NCBI GenBank assembly: GCA_965237905.1
Contig: OZ250172.1
Coordinates: 2,784,001 to 2,848,000, forward strand
Reading direction: 5' to 3'
Source of the DNA: Nitrospinaceae bacterium
GTDB taxonomy: Bacteria > Nitrospinota > Nitrospinia > Nitrospinales > Nitrospinaceae
DNA length: 64,000 nt
Shown: positions 56,566 to 64,000 of the stretch, in pieces
How positions within the stretch are numbered: the first letter of the stretch is position 1
Layout: each line of letters opens with the position of its first letter
Program-made: the position numbers and the translations under genes
Notes under the pieces: generated by a model
Databases searched by the model: none
The model's input: the letters and a program-made list of their open reading frames with translations, nothing else
What the model was told of the DNA's origin: nothing

Positions 56566-57171
56566 ATAGATACGTTTGACGCTATTTACCAGCGGCGGGC
56601 CATTAAGCAGTACGACCCTCAGCATAAACTGTCTCTGGAGGAGGAAACCAAGCTATTTGAGGCCGCCATTCAGGCGCCCACCAGCTTTAATATTCAGCAT
56701 TGGCGTTTCGTAATTGTTCGGGATCCTGATCTGCGAAAAAAGATTCGTACGGAATTTGGAAACGACCAGGCTCAAATGACAGATGCTTCCCTGCTCATTA
56801 TCATGACGGCGGATGCCAAAGCCTGGCAAAAAAAACCGGAACGCTATTGGCAAAATGCTCCTAAAGAAGTGGCCGACCTGTTAGTCAATTGGATGGGACC
56901 TTTTCACGAGGGACGGGAATGGTTGCAACGCGACGAAGCTCAACGGTCCATCGGCATGGCCATGCAAACCCTGATGCTGGCCGCCAAGGCGATGGGTTAC
57001 GAGTCCTGCCCGATGATCGGCTTCGACATTGAAAAAGTCGCCGAACTGATCAACCTTCCTGACGATCATGTAATGGGGGCGATGGTGGCCATAGGGAAGG
57101 GTACCAAAGACCCCTGGCCCAAACCCGGACAGCTGCCCTTGAGCGAACTGATAACGGAAAATACATTTTGA
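56566..57171 (+). CDS. Nitroreductase family protein with apparent ATA start (or lost ATG)
   Basis: RRAIK.Y, APTSFNIQHWRF, GYESCPMIGFD; AAGGAG precedes ATA-GAT-ACG-TTT. Confidence 0.85.
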   Translation: MDTFDAIYQRRAIKQYDPQHKLSLEEETKLFEAAIQAPTSFNIQHWRFVIVRDPDLRKKIRTEFGNDQAQMTDASLLIIMTADAKAWQKKPERYWQNAPKEVADLLVNWMGPFHEGREWLQRDEAQRSIGMAMQTLMLAAKAMGYESCPMIGFDIEKVAELINLPDDHVMGAMVAIGKGTKDPWPKPGQLPLSELITENTF

Positions 57172-57180
57172 TCCCAAAGA

Positions 57181-57267
57181 CAAAAATGGGCTAGCCCGTG
57201 AGAGCTAGCCCATAATAATTTTAATGGTCGGGATGAGAAGATTTGAACTTCCGACCCCCTCGTCCCG
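57181..57267 (-). repeat. Duplicated tRNA-Pro 3' end (43 bp exact) plus duplicated downstream hairpin (att-like)
   Basis: 57225-57267 is identical to 60302-60344; CAAAAATGGGCTAGCCC..AGAGCTA.CCCAT occurs at both 57181 and 60260. Confidence 0.95.
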
Positions 57268-57272
57268 GAACT

Positions 57273-58262
57273 TTATTTCGCAAGTATGTTTTGCAATCTG
57301 TGATTGCCCCAATCAACGACAATAATATTTCCGAGTGGAGAAAAGGCGAGGTCGGTTGGTCCATTAAATTCCCCAGGTTCCGAACCGAATTTTCCGAACT
57401 TTGTGATAAATCGACCCTGTTTGTCAAATACCTGAATGCGGTGGTTGTAAAAATCAGCCACATAAAGATGTCCTCGGGGGTCCATAGTAATTCCTGAGGA
57501 TACTTTGAAACTTCCTCCCAAACCCCCCGCGCCACCGAACTCCATCAGATATTTTCCTTCCGGAGAAAACGCCTGCACTCGGTTATTATAGGAATCCGAA
57601 ACGTAAACGGTATCTTCAGGCCCAACAGTGATCCGAGAAGGATAATTGAAGTTCCCCTGAGCTCCCGGTTTTATCAGGAAACTAAAAAACGATCTCATCA
57701 GGGAAATGGGCTCGTAACTTCCCCAGGTTTTGAGAAAGATTCCGTTTCTATCGAACTTTTGGATGCGGTGATTGTAAGTGTCGGTCACATAAAGATGCCC
57801 ATGAGAATCCAAAGCCAAGCCACCGGGTGAATTCAGCTCGCCCGGTTGTCTCCCACTTTGACCCCATTGGGTGAGAAATGTGCCCTGGGGGGTAAACTTT
57901 TGTATTCGGTCAAGCTCATAATCTGAAACAAAAACATGGCCAGACGAATCGATGACGATTCCGGAAGGCCTTTCAAATTCCCCTTCCTTGTTTCCCTGGC
58001 TTCCCCATTGAAGAAGGAATTTTCCGTTTGTGTCAAATACTTGAATCCGATGGTTCCTCGCATCGGCAATATAAATTTTCCCCTTGAGATCGATCCCGAT
58101 GGCAAAGGGTTCATTGAATTGTCCAGGCCCGGTTCCTTTGGTTCCCGTGAGGCGGATTGAACCAGGATCCTTTAGAAAAAATTTAGAGTTGGTAGAACAT
58201 CCCTGGCTGGTGAAAAGAACGAGAGCCATCCAAATTAATCCCATTGCATAGATTGGTTTCAT
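57273..58262 (-). CDS. NHL-repeat six-bladed beta-propeller lipoprotein
   Basis: Lipobox SQGC; repeated GQFN.P.GI..D..G.IYIAD..NHRIQVF. Confidence 0.9.
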   Translation of the reverse strand: MKPIYAMGLIWMALVLFTSQGCSTNSKFFLKDPGSIRLTGTKGTGPGQFNEPFAIGIDLKGKIYIADARNHRIQVFDTNGKFLLQWGSQGNKEGEFERPSGIVIDSSGHVFVSDYELDRIQKFTPQGTFLTQWGQSGRQPGELNSPGGLALDSHGHLYVTDTYNHRIQKFDRNGIFLKTWGSYEPISLMRSFFSFLIKPGAQGNFNYPSRITVGPEDTVYVSDSYNNRVQAFSPEGKYLMEFGGAGGLGGSFKVSSGITMDPRGHLYVADFYNHRIQVFDKQGRFITKFGKFGSEPGEFNGPTDLAFSPLGNIIVVDWGNHRLQNILAK

Positions 58263-58582
58263 TTTTTTGGTTCCTTTCCAATCCACGTTACACCATCAAG
58301 TTCAAACCCTGCATTCTCCACCGCTTCAAGGATTGAGGCCCTTGAAACTCTTGCCCCAGATTCAAACGCAATCTCTGCGGTGCCTTCCTTAATATTTATA
58401 TTGATACTTTTAAATCCGTTAATTTTTTTTATATGTTTTTCAAGGCCATATGCGCAAAAGGGACAGTAAAGGCCCTCTACCTGCATAATAACGCGCTCTT
58501 CATTTTCTCCTGCAAGAGTAATTGAGGATAAGCAGAAGAGTATGCTCAAGCTGATTAAGATGATTGCGAATTTTACTTTCAT
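58259..58582 (-). CDS. Periplasmic heavy-metal-associated (HMA, MerP/CopZ-like) protein
   Basis: Signal peptide, VEGLYCPFC, AVENAGF. Confidence 0.88.
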   Translation of the reverse strand: MKVKFAIILISLSILFCLSSITLAGENEERVIMQVEGLYCPFCAYGLEKHIKKINGFKSININIKEGTAEIAFESGARVSRASILEAVENAGFELDGVTWIGKEPKK

Positions 58583-58604
58583 GGATTTACTCCCAAAAAA
58601 ATAA

Positions 58605-59504
58605 TTAGAATTGAAAACGAAGGCTTAAAGCCAGTCTGTAATCGGTCTCGAGTTGTGTCCCGTTGAGGTCCTGAACAATGGGATACTGGAAGGATGCTTC
58701 GTAGACAATCCGCTTAGTGACATATTGAAGTCCCGGTGAAATAAAGAGAGTATGCCCTCCCGAGTCAGGTTGATCGATTCCGAGAAATTCATTTTCCTCC
58801 TGAAAAAACCCGTTGAATTCTAGCAGGGCATTCAACTGATCGTATATTCCCTTATCGGGCAAGGTGAATGGAAAGATTCTTTTTTGAAACGAAAGGTTGT
58901 ATTGGAATACATTCCCGAACTCAAAGCGGTTGGCTTCATTATTAAAAATGTACCTCAGGTCAGTATCCATTTCATAATCCAGGGTCTGAAGTGTATGGAC
59001 AGCCCCTGCAATAATATCCACCGACCCTGAACCCAACTGGAGTCCGGGAGGGAGAAGGCCAGAGGAATCCCGCTCATTATCATCCCCTGTGGGCAATTCC
59101 AATCCAGCGATAAGGGACAGGCGTGAGGTACCTCCTTTAAAGTTGAGAGTATGAATCCGGTATTTACCAAACACGGAAATGTCGCCTAATCCTTCATCGC
59201 CTCGAATTTGGCCGCTTCCGGTCTTCATTTCTTTTACCAGGAAAGGTATTTTTACCAGAAGGGATATCTTTGAAGTGAATCCATATACCCCCACAACTGG
59301 GACGGAATAGACGTCAACTTCTCTGTTCTGTCCCGAAGGGTCGTCCGTTTTTGTTAAATACCTTCCTTGAATTCTGAAGATAAATTCGTCTTTGTGGGGA
59401 GTTAAACCCAAGTCGCTATTAATGGGCAGTGATTGCGCGGTGAAAGGGTTAAACAGAATAAATATAAAACAGGTAGAAATAGACATAAAGTGTATCGGTT
59501 TCAC
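58605..59504 (-). CDS. Outer-membrane channel (COG4313/MetA-pathway-like barrel)
   Basis: Signal peptide, GLGDI, LPTG, LQLGSGSVD, SPGLQY, C-terminal Phe. Confidence 0.8.
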   Translation of the reverse strand: MKPIHFMSISTCFIFILFNPFTAQSLPINSDLGLTPHKDEFIFRIQGRYLTKTDDPSGQNREVDVYSVPVVGVYGFTSKISLLVKIPFLVKEMKTGSGQIRGDEGLGDISVFGKYRIHTLNFKGGTSRLSLIAGLELPTGDDNERDSSGLLPPGLQLGSGSVDIIAGAVHTLQTLDYEMDTDLRYIFNNEANRFEFGNVFQYNLSFQKRIFPFTLPDKGIYDQLNALLEFNGFFQEENEFLGIDQPDSGGHTLFISPGLQYVTKRIVYEASFQYPIVQDLNGTQLETDYRLALSLRFQF

Positions 59505-59608
59505 GAAACACCTCCTCGAAATTGAAAGAAAAGGGATTTATCCTTGTTTCAAAAACTCAGAAAGAGAGAAAGAAACAGGTAAAATATGAAAAGTTATCGA
59601 AGAAGGTG

Positions 59609-60049
59609 TTAAAGCAAAAAAGAGGAGTTCGTTAAAAATAAGGGGGAAGTTCTTAAAGAGAGGGATATGCGGTAACGAAGATTTTGAAAACTACGAGGAG
59701 GGGCGCGATTCAATAAGGTTGAAACCGTTTGCGAAACCTCTGGAAAGGTTTTAATTGGATTCACCGTGGTTTCCCAGGCAGGCAAAGAAATAAAAGTGAA
59801 AGAGGGAATGAGCAAGGTTGCCTTGATGCAATTCTTTTTACAACAGTCCCTTGATTCATTTTGACTTAAAGGGGAATTGGCATGTGACCCATGGCGCTTG
59901 AAGGGGGATTTTTTTACATGTTTAAGGCAAAGTTTTTTGCAACAGAGCTTTGCCTGTGCAGGAGAAATAATTGGGGACATGGGAATCAACAAGGAAAAAG
60001 CTAAAATTCCCAGTGCCAATTTGGGGAATCTGAATATCTTAGGTTTCAT
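59609..60049 (-). CDS. Cys-rich exported leader protein with RAPP motif
   Basis: Signal peptide AQA, CCKKLC and CCKKNC, His linker, NRAPP near the C-terminus. Confidence 0.7.
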   Translation of the reverse strand: MKPKIFRFPKLALGILAFSLLIPMSPIISPAQAKLCCKKLCLKHVKKSPFKRHGSHANSPLSQNESRDCCKKNCIKATLLIPSFTFISLPAWETTVNPIKTFPEVSQTVSTLLNRAPPRSFQNLRYRISLSLRTSPLFLTNSSFLL

Positions 60050-60301
60050 GGTTTAAGATTACAGGATAAAAGAATGGGAAATCAATTTAAAAATTGGTCA
60101 CGATTTGTGTCTGATAAAACAATTGATTTAGATATACGTTAAGTTCTAGGTGTATTTAAACGGGTTTCCGATCTCCTGCGAGCAACTAAAGTAAGATATT
60201 TCCGGCAATAATATATGGGGTATGTCACCCCAAACGCTACCCGAATTGCTACCCAGAGGCAAAAATGGGCTAGCCCATAAGAGCTAACCCATTGATTTAA
60301 A

Positions 60302-60378
60302 TGGTCGGGATGAGAAGATTTGAACTTCCGACCCCCTCGTCCCGAACGAGGTGCGCTACCAGGCTGCGCTACATCCCG
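60302..60378 (-). tRNA. tRNA-Pro(CGG)
   Basis: CGGGATGTAGCGCAGCCTGGTAGCGCACCTCGTTCGGGACGAGG...TTCAAAT...CATCCCGACCA. Confidence 0.97.
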
Positions 60379-60416
60379 AATATTTTATTTGCGTATGATC
60401 CGACAGCGGACTCGAT

Positions 60417-60605
60417 TTAACTTTTGTCCCACACGTAGCGGTTCACGCTCTCGGACTGGAAAGAATTGTTCGTCACGTTGCGTGCTACATCTTTCGACTT
60501 TTTGCATTTGGGGCATTTCACTTCCTTTTCGCCCACTTCGGACATCTTCATTTCCACGACAAAGTCGTGCTTGCATTTCTTGCAGGTGTGATCGTACTGC
60601 GGCAT
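60417..60605 (-). CDS. FmdB-family zinc-ribbon protein
   Basis: MPQYDHTCKKC.H.F ... CPKC. Confidence 0.85.
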   Translation of the reverse strand: MPQYDHTCKKCKHDFVVEMKMSEVGEKEVKCPKCKKSKDVARNVTNNSFQSESVNRYVWDKS

Positions 60606-60681
60606 AATTTTGACCTCTGAAAATCGGTAAGAGTACCTTATTTATATCGTCTTTTCAACGTTCCCGCAAGCGCCGGATGCA

Positions 60682-61431
60682 TCAATCCCGCCTTTTCCCC
60701 GGCTTGACGGCCAGGAATCCCGCGAAATTGAACCATTTGAAAAAAACGTCCGCCTGGCGGAATCCGGCCCCCACCAGCAGGTCCCGGTTTTTCCCCGGTT
60801 TCAGGGGGATCAGCACGTTTTCCAGCGCTTCCCGCTTCTTGGCGATTTCCAGCTTCGAGTACCCCTGGCTTCGCTTGTAGGTATGGTATTGCTCGACGAA
60901 CAGGTCGTTGAGGCCGTCCGACTCCCCCTGCACTTTCTCGATGAGGATCAGCCCACCGCCCGGCCGCAGTCCCTGATAAATCTTTTTCAGCATGGCCGCC
61001 CGCCGCCTCGGTGGTAGGAACTGAAGCGTGTAATTCATAATCACCACACTGGCGTCGGCCAACTCGAATTCGCTTTCCAGGTCCGCTTCCACCAGCTCGC
61101 ACCGTTTGAGATGACCTTTCAGTTTGCCGCGCGCTTTGTTCAGCATGGCCGCTGAATTGTCGAGTCCCACAAAATGGATTTTCTGCGTTGTGGGAATGGC
61201 TTTAACGAGGTGACGCAGAAGCGTTCCCGTGGAGCATCCCAGGTCGTACACCGCCGAATCCTTCTGCGCGAAGTGCAGGGCGAGGTCGATCACCATCTGC
61301 TGGCACTCTTTATAGAAGGGGACACTCCGCTCCAGCATGTCGTCGAACACCCGTGCCACCAGTTCATTGAATTCGAATTTACCCGGTGCCGAAGACTGTT
61401 TGAACAGCGTGTCTTTTTTTTTCGCGGTCAT
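60682..61431 (-). CDS. cmoA: Carboxy-S-adenosyl-L-methionine synthase
   Basis: F.FN..VA.VFDDML.RSVP.Y, YDLGCSTG, DNS, NYTLQF, GYS.LEI..KR.ALENV, WFNF. Confidence 0.92.
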   Translation of the reverse strand: MTAKKKDTLFKQSSAPGKFEFNELVARVFDDMLERSVPFYKECQQMVIDLALHFAQKDSAVYDLGCSTGTLLRHLVKAIPTTQKIHFVGLDNSAAMLNKARGKLKGHLKRCELVEADLESEFELADASVVIMNYTLQFLPPRRRAAMLKKIYQGLRPGGGLILIEKVQGESDGLNDLFVEQYHTYKRSQGYSKLEIAKKREALENVLIPLKPGKNRDLLVGAGFRQADVFFKWFNFAGFLAVKPGKRRD

Positions 61432-61457
61432 ATTGGAAAAGGTTCACCTAAACGCAA

Positions 61458-61485
61458 TCAGGGCGGCCCACACGAGCCGCCCTGA
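61458..61485. terminator. GC-rich hairpin downstream of leuA
   Basis: TCAGGGCGGC-ccacacga-GCCGCCCTGA. Confidence 0.55.
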
Positions 61486-61515
61486 CAGGATTGATGAAAG
61501 AATGTGGGTAAACGA

Positions 61516-63075
61516 TCAGGGACCCTGGATTTCTCCACCGCCTACCGGACCCGACTTGGTTTTGACCAGCAGTTTGTTGACGGCGTTGACGTAGGCTTCG
61601 GCGCTGGCTTCCACCGTGTTCACGCCGGTACCTTTGCCGAGCACCTCGCGGCTTTCGTGGAGCACGCGCACGGTGACTTCCCCCTGCGCGTCCTTGCCGC
61701 GGGTCTTCGCCATCACCTGATAATCAATCAGTTTGCAGGTCATCCCGGTGATGTGGTCGATGGCATTGTACATGGCGTCGACCGGACCGTCGCCCTGGCC
61801 GGTTTCCGTGTGAATCTTGCCGTCACGGCTTTTCAAGGTGACCGTCGCGCCAGGTGTGGTGCCGCTTTCAAATGTTCCCTGAACTTTCTCCAGAGTGTAC
61901 GTGTTCAACTCCTCATCGGTGAATTTCCGTTTCTGGATCAGAGCGACGATATCCTCGTCGAACACTTCCTTCTTCTGGTCCGCCAGGGATTTGAAGCCGG
62001 CGAACACCCGGTCGAGTTCCTCCTGCGTTACCTGGTACCCCATCGCTTCGATTTTTTTCGACAACGCGTTTCTGCCGGAATGTTTTCCCAGCACCAGTTC
62101 GGAACTTTCGAGTCCGATATCCTGCGGATTCATAATCTCGTAGGTATCCTTCTTCTTGAGGAACCCGTCCTGGTGTACGCCGGACTCGTGCGCAAACGCA
62201 TTTTTACCGACGATGGCCTTGTTGCGTTGCACAAAGAAACCGGTGAGACTGCTCACCAGACGACTGCAGGCCATGATGTGCCGGGTGTCGATGCGCGTAT
62301 CGATGCCGAAGAAGTCCTTGCGCGTTTTGAGCGCCATGACGATTTCCTCCATCGCCGCGTTGCCGGCGCGTTCGCCGATGCCGTTGATAGTGCACTCCAC
62401 CTGCCGTGCACCTTCCTTGATGGCTTCGAGCGAGTTCGCCACTGCCATGCCAAGATCGTTGTGGCAATGCACGCTGATGATCGCCTGCTCGATGTTCGGC
62501 ACGTTTTGTTTCAAGGAGCGGATGATTTGACCGAACTGGGTTGGTACCGAATAGCCCACCGTATCGGGAATGTTCACCGTACCCGCACCGGCATCGATCA
62601 CCGCTTCCACCACCTCAGCGAGAAATTCCGGTTCCGTGCGCGAGGCGTCTTCTGGAGAGAACTCGATGTCGTCACAGAACTTGCGGCCGAATTTGACCGC
62701 GTCCACTGCCATTTGAATGATCTCATCCTTGCCCTTCTGCAGTTTGTGATCACGATGCAGTTTAGAGGTCGACAGGAATATATGAATACGGGGCGACTCC
62801 GCTTTCTCGAGTGCACGCGCCACTGCTTCAACATCTTTCTCGAGCGCGCGGGCGAGACCCGCCACGGAGGAACCTTTGATCTCGTTCGCGATCTGTTGGA
62901 CCGATTCGAAATCGCCGGGGGACGCGACCGGAAAGCCCGCCTCAATGACATCCACTTTCAATAGAGCCAGCTGCCGCGCGATTTCCAACTTTTCCTTGTT
63001 GTTCATGCTGGCGCCGGGGCACTGTTCCCCGTCTCTTAAAGTGGTGTCGAATATAATGAGTCGTTCCGGTTGCAT
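61516..63075 (-). CDS. leuA: 2-isopropylmalate synthase
   Basis: FDTTLRDGEQ, EAGFP, HCHNDLG, GIGERAGNA, HESGVHQDG, GDGPVDA. Confidence 0.97.
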   Translation of the reverse strand: MQPERLIIFDTTLRDGEQCPGASMNNKEKLEIARQLALLKVDVIEAGFPVASPGDFESVQQIANEIKGSSVAGLARALEKDVEAVARALEKAESPRIHIFLSTSKLHRDHKLQKGKDEIIQMAVDAVKFGRKFCDDIEFSPEDASRTEPEFLAEVVEAVIDAGAGTVNIPDTVGYSVPTQFGQIIRSLKQNVPNIEQAIISVHCHNDLGMAVANSLEAIKEGARQVECTINGIGERAGNAAMEEIVMALKTRKDFFGIDTRIDTRHIMACSRLVSSLTGFFVQRNKAIVGKNAFAHESGVHQDGFLKKKDTYEIMNPQDIGLESSELVLGKHSGRNALSKKIEAMGYQVTQEELDRVFAGFKSLADQKKEVFDEDIVALIQKRKFTDEELNTYTLEKVQGTFESGTTPGATVTLKSRDGKIHTETGQGDGPVDAMYNAIDHITGMTCKLIDYQVMAKTRGKDAQGEVTVRVLHESREVLGKGTGVNTVEASAEAYVNAVNKLLVKTKSGPVGGGEIQGP

Positions 63076-63194
63076 GGTTCGGGTTCGTAACCTCCATTTA
63101 CAGGGTTATTGTTGTGAGTCGATATCCTCGACTTTTATCATCTCATAGCTTTCTCGTTTAGAAAAGCCGCTTTGAGATATTCTTGGGAAAGGGA

Positions 63195-63830
63195 TTAATT
63201 GATTGCGCTGACGACTTTAAATCCAGCTTTTTTAATTTTTTCGACGACGTTCGCCGTATCGCATAAATCAAGGCGGAAAAAATACACCTGTTTTTTGTCG
63301 CCGTTTCCGTAGGGCGCCATACCGACACTGATGATATTCAGGTTTTCCCCGTGGATGATGTTCGAGACTTGTTCGAAATTCTTGGGATTTTTGTCCATTG
63401 CCACGTCCACCCGCGAACTGGAATGGATAATGCCCATCAGGTCGACGAAAATTCCCAGAATATCCATGATGGAGATGATGCCCACCAGCTTGTTGCGCTT
63501 GATCACCGGAAGGGCGCCGATCTTATATTTGTAGATGATCAAAGCCGCGTCTTCGATATGGGTTTCCGGCACCACCACCATCGGATCGGGGGTCATATAA
63601 TCGGAAACTTTCATTTTAGCGGGATTCAAAGCCGGGGCTTTTGATTTGGCGCCTCTACCCATAAAGGCTCCGCGGATATCGCTTTCGGTGATGATTCCCA
63701 TGAGTTCTGTGCCATTCATTACCGGCAGATGCCGGATGGACTTCTCCACCATAAGGTCCTGCGCCTTTTTCAAGGAGTCGGATTTTTTAATGGTGATCAT
63801 TTTCTTCGACATGACTTCGCCGACAATCAT
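63195..63830 (-). CDS. CBS-pair plus ACT-like domain protein (AcuB-like)
   Basis: IRHLPV..GIITESD, IGALPV..LVGIIS, C-terminal ACT-like region; GGAGG before ATG 63830. Confidence 0.88.
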   Translation of the reverse strand: MIVGEVMSKKMITIKKSDSLKKAQDLMVEKSIRHLPVMNGTELMGIITESDIRGAFMGRGAKSKAPALNPAKMKVSDYMTPDPMVVVPETHIEDAALIIYKYKIGALPVIKRNKLVGIISIMDILGIFVDLMGIIHSSSRVDVAMDKNPKNFEQVSNIIHGENLNIISVGMAPYGNGDKKQVYFFRLDLCDTANVVEKIKKAGFKVVSAIN

Positions 63831-64000
63831 AACGAGCCTCCAAAATATCAAATCGGTTATTCAAAAACTTACTGTGTATCTAAAATGGGGAATCCCGCCA
63901 GGAAACGGGTGGCAAGATTTGAGCCGGTTGAATCAACCCGAAAAAACCCGGCCGACTGCGGTTTGTGTTCGGCCTACACCCTGTCTTAAACCTTTTTACC

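Larger units (their letters stand above)
57225..60344. mobile_element. Integrase-less ~3 kb genomic islet at tRNA-Pro
   Basis: Bounded by direct repeats of the tRNA 3' end; AT-richer four-gene cargo; short GCTACCC/GTCACCC repeats at 60224-60254 resemble integrase arm sites. Confidence 0.8.

Noticed and set aside
57225..57267. Second tRNA-Pro gene
   Set aside because: Only the 3' 43 nt are present.
61504..62964. 486-aa + strand ORF, and similar long antisense ORFs over alaS and polA
   Set aside because: Antisense shadows of GC3-rich core genes.
63076..63194. Leucine attenuator upstream of leuA
   Set aside because: The only short ORF (MIKVEDIDSQQ) has no Leu codons, and no terminator/antiterminator pair or T-box is evident.

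Overview
Bacterial chromosomal window. Gene content and protein style suggest a Nitrospinota (Nitrospina-like) organism; this is my inference and was not checked by search. The core genes are hemY, alaS, kdsD, polA, leuA, cmoA, actP and three tRNAs (Thr-CGT, Arg-CCG, Pro-CGG). They are interleaved with accessory DNA. (1) At 1.8-3.8 kb, three tandem sigma54-type promoters each drive a very small, hairpin-terminated unit, including a candidate sRNA or 14-aa peptide. (2) Two integrase-less islets are bounded by duplicated tRNA 3' ends. One carries a CBS gene at tRNA-Thr. The other is a ~3 kb metal-handling operon at tRNA-Pro headed by a Cys-rich, signal-peptide, RAPP-motif leader protein. (3) A ~20 kb Wzm/Wzt surface-polysaccharide locus encodes an unusual GDP-heptose tailoring set (HddA, HddC, Cj1427-like C4 dehydrogenase, ColD-like His-type 3-dehydratase, Fcl-like reductase, ThDP E1 alpha/beta pair, B12 radical SAM) plus a sulfotransferase, a methyltransferase and a 2OG-Fe(II)-like oxygenase. 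A 246-bp direct repeat brackets one of its genes. (4) Between kdsD and polA, two AT-rich genes are delimited by three short related palindromes, resembling a cassette array, and sit among nested micro-repeats. (5) There is also an orphan NHLP-leader-like protein, a RelE/ParE toxin-antitoxin pair, an RND pump and a divergent diiron oxidase / atypical EgtD pair. No CRISPR array, rRNA, transposase or integrase was seen.
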